From the NCBI GenBank assembly GCA_003141955.1, contig PLOC01000003.1, forward strand, positions 462-64,461: a DNA stretch of 64,000 nucleotides, written 5' to 3'. The notes beneath the pieces are model-generated. The model worked only from the letters and a program-made list of their open reading frames with translations, had not been told where the DNA came from and searched no databases. The DNA is from Chloroflexota bacterium. GTDB lineage: Bacteria; Chloroflexota; Limnocylindria; Limnocylindrales; CSP1-4. Both the position numbers and the translations under genes were made by a program. Positions 11,742 through 23,169 of this stretch are shown one piece after another (within the stretch, counting starts at the first letter, position 1; the number at the start of each line of letters is the position of its first letter).

Positions 11742-11768
11742 CCCTCGCCGGCAGGCGAGGGTTTTTTG
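11742..11768 (+). terminator. intrinsic terminator / attenuator hairpin upstream of ilvB
   Basis: CCCTCGCC-ggcag-GGCGAGGG stem followed by TTTTTT (11762-11767), about 80 nt upstream of the ilvB start. Confidence 0.8.
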
Positions 11769-11850
11769 ATGGTCCAGACACACCAGGAACCGTAAGTCGA
11801 GAGCCGAGCACCGCAAGCAGACGAGTGCTAGCGAAAGGAAGGGCGAAGCG

Positions 11851-13842
11851 ATGGGGACCACGGACGACGGACCGGGCCGTTCGCCGACGGCGATATCGGG
11901 CCAGACTCAGGCGACGAGCGGCGCCGGGGCGGCCAGAGGGACCGGTGCTCGCGGCGCGGCCAACGGCGCTCGCGGCGCGGCCGGAGACTCCGCTGCCGAG
12001 CGCGGGCGGATCAACCACATGCCGGGCGCCGGAACGCCGCGCGCAGAGGCGATTAACGCCGGCCGGCGCGAGATGCTGACCGACAGCCACCGCCTCCACG
12101 TCAAGAGCCTGGCGGAGCGCGGCGCGAAGCGGCCTCGCATCGGCGCGGATGCGGTCTGCGAGGCCCTCCTCCGCCAGGGCGTGGAGGTCTTCTTCGGGTA
12201 TCCGGGCGGCGTCGTTTTGCCCTTCTACGACGTCCTCGGCGACTACCCGGAGCTGCGCCACATCCTCGTCCGTCACGAGCAGGGCGGCGCCCATGCCGCC
12301 GAGGGTTATGCCCGCGCGACGGGCAAGGTCGGCGTCTGCCTGGCCACGTCGGGCCCGGGCGCCACGAACCTGGTCACGGGCATCGGCAACGCCATGCTTG
12401 ACTCGGTCCCGATCGTGGCGATCACCGGCAACGTCGTCGGCTCGCTGCTCGGGAAGGACGCCTTCCAGGAGATCGACATCACGGGTATCACCCTGCCGTG
12501 CACCAAGCACAATTACCTGGTCCGCGATGCCAACGAGATTCCCCGCGTCTTTGCCGAAGCGTTCCACATCGCCCGCACCGGACGTCCGGGCCCGGTCCAC
12601 ATCGACCTGACCAAGGACGCCCTGATGGGGGAGTGCTCGGCGGAGCACCCGGACAGCGTGGACCTGCCCGGCTTCAAGCCCACCTTCGAGGGCCATCCCC
12701 GCCAGATCAGGCTGGCGGCCCAGGAGATCGCGAGGTCCGAACGCCCGGTCATCCTGGCCGGCCACGGAGTCCTGATCGCCGACGCCACCGAAGAGCTGCG
12801 CGAACTGGCCGAGAAGGCCCAGATCCCCGTCGCTCACACGCTCCTGGGCGTCAGCGCCATGGACGAGACGAACCCGCTCAGCCTGGGCTTCGTCGGCATG
12901 CACGGCTGGAAGCACGTCAACAAGACGATCCAGTCCGCGGACCTGCTGATCGCCCTGGGAATGCGGTTCGACGACCGCGTCACCGGCCACGTGCCCACCT
13001 TCGCGCCGTACGCCCGAATCGTCCATGTCGACATCGACCCGGCCGAAATCGGCAAGAACGTGGCCGTCGAGATCCCGATCGTGGGCGACATCAAGCGCGT
13101 CCTGGTGGCCCTCATCCCGCAGGTCGAGGCCGTGGCGCCGGAAGCGCGCGCCGCCTACCTCGCGGAGATCGCCGCCTGGCGGGCCGAATCGCAGAAGACG
13201 CCGTGGCACGGCTCGGGGGCGTGGCGCAATGGCCAGCTCTCGGCCGACTTCGTGGTCAGCCGCATAGGCGATGCCACGGGGCACGACGCGACCATCGTCG
13301 CCGACGTGGGCCAGAACCAGATGTGGACGGCCCGCTACGGCGGCTTCCGCCGTCCGAACAGCCACATCAGCTCCGGCGGGCTCGGGACGATGGGCTACGG
13401 CCTGCCGGCCGGAATGGGCGCCGCCGTGGGACGGCCCGACAAGGAAACGTGGTCCATCGTCGGCGACGGCGGCCTGCAGATGACCGTGCAGGAGCTGATG
13501 ACCCTGGTCCAGGAGCACATCCCGCTTCGGATCGCGTTGCTCAACAACCACAAGCTGGGCATGGTCCGGCAGTGGCAGGAACTCGTCTACGCGGGCAACT
13601 ACCATTCCTCGCATCTGCTCGGCCCTGACTGGTGCAAGCTGGCGGAGGCGTACGGCGTCGCCGCCTTCCGCGCCGACTCACCCGAGCAGGTCAACGGCGC
13701 GATCGCTTCGGCTCGCGCCGTTGACGGACCGGCGCTGATCGAGTTCTGCATCGCCCAGGAGCAGAACGTCTTCCCGATGATGCCGGCCGGCAAGGGCCTG
13801 TCGGATCTGCTCGAGGAACAGTTCGAGGAGCCCAACCAATGA
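11851..13842 (+). CDS. ilvB: acetolactate synthase large subunit (biosynthetic AHAS)
   Basis: TPP-enzyme motifs: GVEVFFGYPGG, a GDGG region and GLGTMGYGLPAGMGAAVG. The low-complexity N-terminal extension makes the start uncertain; ATG at 12016 and at 12073 are alternatives. Confidence 0.9.
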   Translation: MGTTDDGPGRSPTAISGQTQATSGAGAARGTGARGAANGARGAAGDSAAERGRINHMPGAGTPRAEAINAGRREMLTDSHRLHVKSLAERGAKRPRIGADAVCEALLRQGVEVFFGYPGGVVLPFYDVLGDYPELRHILVRHEQGGAHAAEGYARATGKVGVCLATSGPGATNLVTGIGNAMLDSVPIVAITGNVVGSLLGKDAFQEIDITGITLPCTKHNYLVRDANEIPRVFAEAFHIARTGRPGPVHIDLTKDALMGECSAEHPDSVDLPGFKPTFEGHPRQIRLAAQEIARSERPVILAGHGVLIADATEELRELAEKAQIPVAHTLLGVSAMDETNPLSLGFVGMHGWKHVNKTIQSADLLIALGMRFDDRVTGHVPTFAPYARIVHVDIDPAEIGKNVAVEIPIVGDIKRVLVALIPQVEAVAPEARAAYLAEIAAWRAESQKTPWHGSGAWRNGQLSADFVVSRIGDATGHDATIVADVGQNQMWTARYGGFRRPNSHISSGGLGTMGYGLPAGMGAAVGRPDKETWSIVGDGGLQMTVQELMTLVQEHIPLRIALLNNHKLGMVRQWQELVYAGNYHSSHLLGPDWCKLAEAYGVAAFRADSPEQVNGAIASARAVDGPALIEFCIAQEQNVFPMMPAGKGLSDLLEEQFEEPNQ

Positions 13843-14447
13843 GCCCCACCGGTTCGACCCCTGGTGGCAGCGCCGATCCGGCCCACCCGGCGCCGGCCCA
13901 CACCGCGCCGCCCGCGCGGGCTCTGCCCGGCCACGGCGAGGCGCACCGTCACGTCCTGGTCGCCATCGTCCTGAACAGGCCCGGCGTCCTCAACCGCGTC
14001 GCCAGCCTGATGCGGGCGCGCAACTTCAACATCGAGACCCTCGCGGTCAGTCACACTGACCAGCCGGAGGTCAGCCGCATGACGCTCACGCTGCGCGGAG
14101 ACGACATGGCGGTCGAACAGGCGGCCAAGCAGCTCTACCGGCTCATCGACGTGCTCAAGGTCCAGGACGTCACGAGCGATCCGACCGTCGAGCACGAGAT
14201 CGCGCTGATCAAGGTCCGCGCCGACGACCGCAATCGCGGCGAGGTGCTGACCATCGCGGACATGTACAAGGCCAAAGTCGTGGATCTTGCGGCCGAGTCG
14301 CTGATCGTGGAGGCGACCGGGACCGAGGCCGAGGTGGACGCGCTCATCGCGCTCCTCCGCGGGTTCGGGATCAAGGAGCTCGTCCGCTCGGGTACCGTCG
14401 TCATGTCCCGGGGTGCCGGGTCGATCGAGGAGGCAGTCAAGCGATGA
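13839..14447 (+). CDS. ilvN: acetolactate synthase small (regulatory) subunit
   Basis: ACT-domain protein ([33 protein letters not shown]). Its ATG overlaps the ilvB stop (ATGA). Confidence 0.9.
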   Translation: MSPTGSTPGGSADPAHPAPAHTAPPARALPGHGEAHRHVLVAIVLNRPGVLNRVASLMRARNFNIETLAVSHTDQPEVSRMTLTLRGDDMAVEQAAKQLYRLIDVLKVQDVTSDPTVEHEIALIKVRADDRNRGEVLTIADMYKAKVVDLAAESLIVEATGTEAEVDALIALLRGFGIKELVRSGTVVMSRGAGSIEEAVKR

Positions 14448-15484
14448 CCGCGCGCATGTACTACGACAACGATGCAGATCCCAAAGCCCTCGCCGGCCAG
14501 AAGATCGCCATCATCGGCTACGGGAGCCAGGGCCACGCCCACGCCCAGAACCTGCACGACTCGGGCTACGACGTAACCGTCGTCGAGTCCAACCCCAAGG
14601 CCCGCGCCCTCGCCGAAGAGGCCCGTCTCAAGACGGCCGACATCGCGGACGCGGTCAAAGCCGCGGACGTGATCATGATCCTGGTCCCGGACACCATCCA
14701 GAAGAAGGTGTTCGAGACGTCGATCGAGCCGAACATGCACGCCGGCCAGCTGCTCATGTTCGCCCACGGCTTCAACATCCGCTTCGACCGAATCCGCCCG
14801 GGTGAGGGCATCGACGTCGGCATGGTGGCGCCCAAGGGCCCCGGCCACCTCGTCCGCTCCGTCTTCGAGCAGGGCGGCGGCGTGCCCGCTCTCTTCGCCG
14901 TGGAGAAGGACGCGACCGGCACCGCGCGTGCCCGCACCCTTGCATATGCGCGCGGCATCGGCGCAACCCGAGCCGGCGTTCTCGAGACAACGTTCAAGGA
15001 AGAGACCGAGACGGACCTCTTCGGCGAGCAGGTCGTGCTGTGCGGCGGCGTCACGAGCCTGATCAAGAACGGCTTCGAGACCCTGGTCGAGGCGGGCTAC
15101 CAGCCGGAGCTGGCCTACTTTGAGGTCATGCACGAGCTCAAGCTCATCGTCGACCTGATGTACCGCGGCGGCATGAACTTCATGCGCTTCTCGGTCAGCG
15201 ACACGGCCGAGTACGGCGACTACGTGTCGGGCCCGCGGATCATCGACGCCCGCGTGCGCGCGGAGATGAAGAAGGTCCTCGGCGAGATCCAGGACGGCAC
15301 CTTCGCGGCGGCATGGATCGCCGAGAACGAGGCCGGCCTGCCGAAGTTCAAGAAGATGCGCGAAGCCGGTCGCGACCACCAGGTCGAGCAGGTCGGCGCC
15401 CGCCTGCGCAAGGCGATGCCCTTCCTCAATCCCGTGGAAGTCGTCGACGGCCAGCCGCAGGCTTCGGCAAAGTCCAAGGACTGA
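14444..15484 (+). CDS. ilvC: ketol-acid reductoisomerase
   Basis: [33 protein letters not shown]..., the class I KARI sequence. Start overlaps the ilvN stop (ATGA). Confidence 0.95.
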   Translation: MTARMYYDNDADPKALAGQKIAIIGYGSQGHAHAQNLHDSGYDVTVVESNPKARALAEEARLKTADIADAVKAADVIMILVPDTIQKKVFETSIEPNMHAGQLLMFAHGFNIRFDRIRPGEGIDVGMVAPKGPGHLVRSVFEQGGGVPALFAVEKDATGTARARTLAYARGIGATRAGVLETTFKEETETDLFGEQVVLCGGVTSLIKNGFETLVEAGYQPELAYFEVMHELKLIVDLMYRGGMNFMRFSVSDTAEYGDYVSGPRIIDARVRAEMKKVLGEIQDGTFAAAWIAENEAGLPKFKKMREAGRDHQVEQVGARLRKAMPFLNPVEVVDGQPQASAKSKD

Positions 15485-15587
15485 TCGCACCATCGGTCGG
15501 GGAGTCCCCCGGGTCCGTTCGCATCTCTGACACGACGCCGGCGGCGCGAGCCGCCGGCGGTGTCTCCGAACTAATGGAGAAGCTCCC

Positions 15588-16879
15588 GTGACAACGCCAG
15601 GCCAGCCGCTGGATTCAGTCGCCGCTGCGGCGAGCCGAGGCCAAGGTGGATCGAGCACTGAAGGCGAGCGCACTTCGAACGTGCGTGAGCCGAGGAGCGC
15701 AGATCCAACGCCGGCATCGGCCGACCCAGGGGCGACGTATCGCCTCGTCGTCGTTCCCGGTGATGGGATCGGCCCGGAGGTGATTGCGGGCGGCCGGCGC
15801 GTGCTCGAGGCCGCCGGTCGGCTCTTCGGTTTCGGCTTCGAGTGGCAGAAGGTGCTGATCGGCGGCGTGGCCATCGACGCCTACGGCATGCCGCTGCGCG
15901 ACGAGGACATGGCCGCGTGCGCCGCCGCGGACGCCGTCTACTTCGGCGCGATCGGCGATCCCCGGTACGACGATCCAAAGGCGAAGGTCCGGCCGGAACA
16001 GGCGCTGCTAGCCCTGCGCAAGGGCCTCGGTCTGTACGCCAACCTTCGGCCGGTCACTGTCCAGCCGGTGCTGCGCGGCAGTTCGCCGGTCCGCGAGTCG
16101 CTGCTCGAAGGCGTCGACATGCTGATCGTGCGCGAGCTGACCGGCGGGCTCTACTTCGGCAAGCCGTCGGGGCAGAGCGACGGGCCCAACGGCCGCGAGG
16201 TCGTGGACACGCTTTTCTACACGGAAGGCGAGATCCGCCGCGTCGTGAAGCTGGCCTTCGAGCTGGCCCGCGGGCGCCGCAAGAAGCTGACCAGCGTCGA
16301 CAAGGCAAACGTGCTGTCGTCCTCCCGGCTGTGGCGGACGATCGTGGAAGAAGTCAAGCCCGAGTACCCCGACATCACGGTCGAGCACCGGCTGGTGGAC
16401 GCCTGCGCCATGACGTTGATCCAGCGGCCCGCCGTCTTCGACGTCATCGTCACGGAGAACCTCTTCGGCGACATCCTCTCGGACGAGGCCAGCGTTCTGG
16501 CCGGTTCGTTGGGGATGCTGCCGTCCGCGTCCATCTGCGAGCGGCGGACCGCCTACGGCCTTCACGGCCTGTACGAGCCGATCCACGGCTCCGCTCCGGA
16601 CATCGCCGGCAAGGACGTCGCCAATCCCCTCGCCACGATTCTCTCCGGCGCGATGATGCTGCGCTGGTCGCTGGGCCAGCCGGCCGCCGCCGAGGCCATC
16701 GAGAAGGCCGTGGCCGACGCGCTGGCCGGCGGCTACCGCACGCCGGATCTCGTCGCCGCCACGGGCGAGCAGCCAGGCGACAAGAAGGTCGGAACTCAGG
16801 CCATGGCCGACGCAGTCGTCGCCGCGCTCGAGGCGGGCGCCGTCTCGGCTGCCGGCGCCGGAACAAAGGGGGCCGCCCA

Positions 16880-16883
<4 letters not shown>
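15588..16883 (+). CDS. leuB: 3-isopropylmalate dehydrogenase
   Basis: [40 protein letters not shown] and [17 protein letters not shown] start at 15588 sits 7 nt after GGAGAAG. The 50-aa N-terminal extension makes the exact start uncertain. Confidence 0.85.
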
Positions 16884-18547
<1,664 letters not shown>

Positions 18548-18562
18548 CCGGAGGAGGGTTCG

Positions 18563-19459
18563 ATGGCATCGCCAGCGTCCGGAGTTCGATCGGCGCCGGA
18601 GCCGCCCGAAGCCTCGCCGCGCGTCGCGTTCCAGGGAGAGCCCGGCGCCTTCTCGGAGGACGGCGTCCTTTCGGCGTTCCCGGCTCCGGAGGCCGTGGCG
18701 ATGCCGACGTGGCGGGCCGTCTTCGAGGCCGTGCACGAGGGATCGGTCGATGCCGGCGTCGTCCCAATCGAGCGGTCGGCCGGCGGCAGCGTGCGCGAGA
18801 TCTACGACCTGCTCTTCAAGTTCGACGAGATCCGGATCGCGGCCGAGGTGACGGTGCCGGTCCGGCTGGCCCTGCTGGCCCTGCCGGGCCAGACGCTCGA
18901 CCAGATCGAGCGCGTGTACAGCATCGCCCAGGCGCTGGACCAGGCCGACGAGTTCCTGCGCTCCCGGCCGTGGCAGGTCATGACCAGCTACAACACCGCC
19001 GGCGCAGCCAAGTCCATCGCCGAGAAGCGCGAGATGGGCGGAGCCGCCGTGGCCTCCGCTCGGGTCGCCCCGTTGTACGGCCTGGAGGTGCTCGCCGCCG
19101 ACATCCAGACCGGCGACGCGAACCGGACTCGCTTCGCCGTCGTCGCGCGCGATCCACTACCTGATTCGTGGTTCGTCCCGGCGGCGCTGGCGGGCCCGCT
19201 GAAGACGACCCTGGTCTGGGCGGTCCGCAACGTCCCGGGCAGCCTGTATCGATGCCTCGGCTGCTTCGCCGAGCGCAGGATCAACCTGTCGCGCCTGGAG
19301 TCCCGACCCAGCCGGGGCGTGCGCTGGGAATACGTCTTCTGGGCGGATATGGACGCGGACCCCGAGTCGCCGGACTGCGCCGCGGCGCTCGCGTCCCTGC
19401 TGCGCGAGGCCGTGATGGTCCGGGTGGCGGGGGTCTACCACCGAGCCGCCGAAGACTAG
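18563..19459 (+). CDS. pheA: prephenate dehydratase (PDT plus ACT domain)
   Basis: VAFQGEPGAFSE in the PDT domain, and ESRPSR in the C-terminal ACT domain. RBS GGAGGAG lies upstream. Confidence 0.85.
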   Translation: MASPASGVRSAPEPPEASPRVAFQGEPGAFSEDGVLSAFPAPEAVAMPTWRAVFEAVHEGSVDAGVVPIERSAGGSVREIYDLLFKFDEIRIAAEVTVPVRLALLALPGQTLDQIERVYSIAQALDQADEFLRSRPWQVMTSYNTAGAAKSIAEKREMGGAAVASARVAPLYGLEVLAADIQTGDANRTRFAVVARDPLPDSWFVPAALAGPLKTTLVWAVRNVPGSLYRCLGCFAERRINLSRLESRPSRGVRWEYVFWADMDADPESPDCAAALASLLREAVMVRVAGVYHRAAED

Positions 19460-19498
19460 CTGGGCCCAGGCCCGGCGCGCCGCGGGCCCTCGCCCGAG

Positions 19499-20227
19499 CT
19501 ATCGAGATCCGGCGGCTCTGTTCGCGCGGTCGCGCCGGCGGCGCTGCAGCGTGAAGATGTGGCGCACGATTCTGTCCTGCGCCCCTTCTGAGATCGACGT
19601 GAAGCGCATCGCGACCAGCGTCGTGGGGCCGACTCCGGGGCGCGGCAGCCTGGGTCTGCCGCCCGGTCCGAGCTCCGTCATCTCCTCGATGCGTATCACT
19701 TCGGCTTCCGCGGTGACGGCGCCGGGTCCGAGCGCGACGCGGATCTCGAGCTCGTCGCCCGCGGCGACCATCGCCTCGCCCGGTTGAACGACGAACTGGA
19801 TCCCGCCCGCGCTGATGTTGCGCGTCGTCCCCTTGCCGGTCAGGCCTGCGCTCCCGCTGTCGCTCTGGTTGGTGACCGTGTATGCGACCGGACACTGGGC
19901 GTCCAGACGGAGGTGATCTCGCCGCCGGACAAGTTGGAAGTCGCTCGGCCATTCGATCGAGAACAACCGCGAGCGGCTTGCGCCGAGGTGGCTCAGGAAA
20001 GTTGAGGCCGCCACCATCGCCGCCCCCTCGCGCCTGAAGGTCAAGTGCAGCGGTTGGTCCGGCCGCAGCCCCTGCAGGCCGGGATCCGGTCGAACCAGGC
20101 CCAGCCAGAGGCTCGTCGGCATCACGTTGACGACGACCGCGCGCAGGCCAACCACCTTCCCGTCGATTTCGGCCTCGACGAGAACTGGGTCGTGAACGGC
20201 CGGCTGTCCGTTTGTTTCGATCATCAT
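19499..20227 (-). CDS. PilZ-domain protein (candidate c-di-GMP receptor)
   Basis: RRRDHLR (RxxxR) followed by NISAGGIQF (D/NxSxxG), the two PilZ motifs. Transcribed divergently from the TasA-like locus. Confidence 0.65.
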   Translation of the reverse strand: MMIETNGQPAVHDPVLVEAEIDGKVVGLRAVVVNVMPTSLWLGLVRPDPGLQGLRPDQPLHLTFRREGAAMVAASTFLSHLGASRSRLFSIEWPSDFQLVRRRDHLRLDAQCPVAYTVTNQSDSGSAGLTGKGTTRNISAGGIQFVVQPGEAMVAAGDELEIRVALGPGAVTAEAEVIRIEEMTELGPGGRPRLPRPGVGPTTLVAMRFTSISEGAQDRIVRHIFTLQRRRRDRANRAAGSR

Positions 20228-20774
20228 CTCCGCGACCGCTCGTTCGGACGCGCAATGCTGGGATGGCGTGAACGCGCCGGTCCGGCGCCGGTAGCTCGCA
20301 GGTCGCAGGGCACGGACGACCTGACCGGAGGCAGTGGCCGCCGGGCCGAGGATACAGCCTGTCGGACTAAGAATCGGCCTCGGCGCCGGACGGCTTGAGA
20401 AGTCGGGCTTTCGGGGCCCGGCGGGCGCTCGAACCGGGTGTCCAACGTCATTCGGCCCCCGGCCCGGTACCCCTTTGGTCCGGTTCCTGCGCCCGCTTGT
20501 TGCATGAGCCCGAGCAGGACCGCCCGCCAGCCGATGGTCCGGGTGCGGGCCGGCAACGTAATCGGCGATTCACCTACTTAACTTGAGGTGACCAACGTAC
20601 CAGCAGTGCAAACCCGGAGGTCCGGTTGTGAGGTCCTCATTTCGGGGGTTTCATGGCCCCATCGCGTAGGGCCTACTCGGGGGAGCGGTGCCCAAGAGCA
20701 CCTTCGCGGTGGCCCTCGCCGCCCGGCCGACCGGATGTACCGGCCACCGGCCGTGACACGAAGGAAAATGGCGT

Positions 20775-21377
20775 ATGGAAAGCACGAAGGAGACCCACCG
20801 GCGCCGCAGGCGAGGCCTGCTCGCCCTGCTGATGGCAGGGACCGCACTCATCAGCGCCACTGGCGCAACCATGTCGCTGGCTCTGTTCACCGACAGCGTC
20901 TCCGCCAACGCCAACACGTTCACCACCGGTACGATCCACATCGGGATCAACCCGACGGCGACCATCCTGAGCGACGTAACGATGATGCCGGGCGACACCG
21001 TCAACGGGTCCGTCGTCATCACCAACACCGGAACCGCGCAGATGCGCTACGCCGTCTCCGGCTCCGCCACGAACACGGACGGCAAGGGCCTGGCCTCGCA
21101 GATCACGCTCACCATCCGCCAGCCGGATACCGCCGGCGGCACGACCTGCACCAACTTCACGGGCGTGCAGCTGTTCACAGGCGTGGTCCCGTACGCCGAA
21201 GGCAACCTGATCGGAACCTTCGCGACCCACCCGAACGGCGGCCGCACGTTGGGCGCGGGCCTCTTTGAGACCCTCTGCTTCCGGGCGGCGCTTCCGCTCT
21301 TGACACCGAACGCCTACGAGGGTGCATCGACCACGATGACCTTCACCTTCTATGCCGAGCAGACGGCGAACAACTAG
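20775..21377 (+). CDS. TasA/camelysin-like protein with SipW-cognate signal peptide
   Basis: N-terminus [49 protein letters not shown] matches the SipW-cognate pattern (A-x-F-x-D...N-T-F-x-x-G-T). The C-terminus TMTFTFYAEQTANN resembles the TasA end FSFEATQWN. Confidence 0.75.
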   Translation: MESTKETHRRRRRGLLALLMAGTALISATGATMSLALFTDSVSANANTFTTGTIHIGINPTATILSDVTMMPGDTVNGSVVITNTGTAQMRYAVSGSATNTDGKGLASQITLTIRQPDTAGGTTCTNFTGVQLFTGVVPYAEGNLIGTFATHPNGGRTLGAGLFETLCFRAALPLLTPNAYEGASTTMTFTFYAEQTANN

Positions 21378-21467
21378 TAGCGCTTCGGCTGCACCGACGC
21401 CGGCCGTGACTCGTCTTGACGGGTCACGGCCGGCGGTTCGGCACTCTGGAAGGACAAGCAGGGACCC

Positions 21468-22049
21468 ATGAGCACAGCACTGCGAGTGACGCGCTGGCTG
21501 CTCGATCTGGCCCTCATGGTGCTCGTGTTGTCGGTCCTCTCCCTCGTTCTTGCCGCCAACATCGGCCCCGGCGTCGGCCATCAACTGGTCGTCATCCGGG
21601 GCTCCTCGATGTCGCCGGCAATCCCGCTGGGAGCCGTCGTAGACATCACTCGCGTCCAGCCGCAAGACCTCAAGGTCGGCGACGTGGTCACCGTGAAGTC
21701 GCCAGGGGGCACGGTGTACACCCACCGCATCGACCGGATCGTCTCCCTGCCGGACGGGCTGTACATCGAAACCCAGGGCGACGCGGTTGGTCACCCCGAC
21801 ACGCCGCTCCAGCCGGTATCCGAAGTCGTCGGGCGGGTCACGTTCTCCCTGCCGTTCCTGGGGTTCCTGCTGTACATGCTGACCATCCCGACCGGCGTAC
21901 TAGCGATCTTCTCACTGGCCCTCACCATGCTGCTGTGCATCTGGCTGCTGGAGGACCTGGAGCAGCACGCCGTCAGGGTGGAACAGGAACCGTACGAGTG
22001 CGAGCTGGCGAGGACCCTGGACGCGTTGCGGATGGGGAGGCTCGGATGA
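21468..22049 (+). CDS. sipW: signal peptidase I, SipW (archaeal/ER) type
   Basis: [17 protein letters not shown]...[23 protein letters not shown]...TQGDAVG plus a C-terminal TM segment, collinear with B. subtilis SipW (SGSMEPTF, KGDVITF...AVTHRIVDI, TKGDNN). Confidence 0.85.
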   Translation: MSTALRVTRWLLDLALMVLVLSVLSLVLAANIGPGVGHQLVVIRGSSMSPAIPLGAVVDITRVQPQDLKVGDVVTVKSPGGTVYTHRIDRIVSLPDGLYIETQGDAVGHPDTPLQPVSEVVGRVTFSLPFLGFLLYMLTIPTGVLAIFSLALTMLLCIWLLEDLEQHAVRVEQEPYECELARTLDALRMGRLG

Positions 22050-22513
22050 GCCTGCGTCGGCTGCGTGTCGCCCTCATGCTGGTGCTGGTCCCGGCGACGC
22101 TCTTCGCGCAGTCGGGAACCAGCCTCGCCCTGTTCACCGAAGCCAAGGCTGCTGCCGCCAACACCTTCAGGACGGGCATCTGGGGCCCCAACGTGACGTT
22201 CGCCAGCAAGGCCGCGCCCAGCGGCGACGGCTACCTGTATGACACGATCAGCGGGACGGGCTTCCTGCCCGGCCTGAAGATCGTCATCATCGCCTACGAG
22301 TTCGGCACCGGCGGCTGGATCCCTCTCGGTGACTATGGCCTGAACCCGACCTCTGCCGCGGACGGGTCGTTTACCACCTCGTTCGAGGAGAACTGCATAG
22401 ACGGGGCCGGTGTCCAGCAGACGACCGATCTGCCGGTGACCGTCACGGCGACGGACGGCACGAACACCGCGACCGATGGCGGCACCATCGTCTGCAGCCT
22501 GTATGGACACTAG
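22046..22513 (+). CDS. small secreted protein with SipW-cognate signal peptide (paralog 1)
   Basis: [44 protein letters not shown]... ATG overlaps the sipW stop (ATGA). Two Cys residues (ENCIDGAG and TIVCS). Confidence 0.7.
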   Translation: MSLRRLRVALMLVLVPATLFAQSGTSLALFTEAKAAAANTFRTGIWGPNVTFASKAAPSGDGYLYDTISGTGFLPGLKIVIIAYEFGTGGWIPLGDYGLNPTSAADGSFTTSFEENCIDGAGVQQTTDLPVTVTATDGTNTATDGGTIVCSLYGH

Positions 22514-22552
22514 CAGGACCCTGGACGCATTGCGGATGCGCGAGAGGCTCGG

Positions 22553-23038
22553 ATGAGCGTGCGTCGCCTTCGCGCTCCTCTCGTCCTGACGCTCGCACTT
22601 GCGACGCTGCTGGCCCAGGCCGGATCCAGCCTGGCCCTGTTCACTGATTCGAAGGCCGCCGGCGCCAACACCTTCACGACGGGCACCTGGGGCGGACCCA
22701 CGGTAGCGTTCACCAGCTTCTACTCTGGCGGCGGCAGCCCGTACGGGTCGCAGTACAGCCTCACGGACACGATCAGCGGGGCGGGCTTCCTCCCCGGCCT
22801 CAAGCTCGTTATTGTCACCTACGAGTTCGGCACCAAGGTCCCGATCGCTCTTGGTGACTATGGTCTGAACCCGACCTCTCAAGCGGACGGGACGTTCACC
22901 ATCAGTTTCGTGGAGAACTGTGTCGACGGGGCTGGTATCCAGCAGAACACCGATCTGCCGGTGACCGTCACGGCGACGGACGGCACGAACAACGCGATCG
23001 GTGGGGGCACCATCGTATGCAGCAAGTGGACGTCGTAG
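22553..23038 (+). CDS. small secreted protein with SipW-cognate signal peptide (paralog 2)
   Basis: [44 protein letters not shown]...; roughly 70% identical to paralog 1. Confidence 0.7.
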   Translation: MSVRRLRAPLVLTLALATLLAQAGSSLALFTDSKAAGANTFTTGTWGGPTVAFTSFYSGGGSPYGSQYSLTDTISGAGFLPGLKLVIVTYEFGTKVPIALGDYGLNPTSQADGTFTISFVENCVDGAGIQQNTDLPVTVTATDGTNNAIGGGTIVCSKWTS

Positions 23039-23169
23039 TTCCTGTGCAGCCGCCCGTAGTCCGATAACAGGAAGGGTGACCCCTTCGGCCCTTGAGGTCG
23101 CCAGGCTGGACGTCCGCTGGGCGAATCGGTTGTAGGTAATCCATCCCGCGTGCGCGGTCGCAAAGTGAG

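Larger units (their letters stand above)
22011..23038 (+). repeat. tandem duplication of a unit of about 500 bp
   Basis: 22011-22060 (AGGACCCTGGACGCGTTGCGGATG...GGCTCGGATGAGCCTGCGTCG) recurs at 22504-22570 with few changes. The duplicated unit carries the last codons of sipW plus the whole small-protein gene. Confidence 0.8.

Noticed and set aside
20588-21268. 226-aa ORF overlapping the TasA-like gene in another frame
   Set aside because: His/Arg-rich nonsense translation. The 20775 frame has the conserved SipW-substrate and TasA C-terminal motifs.
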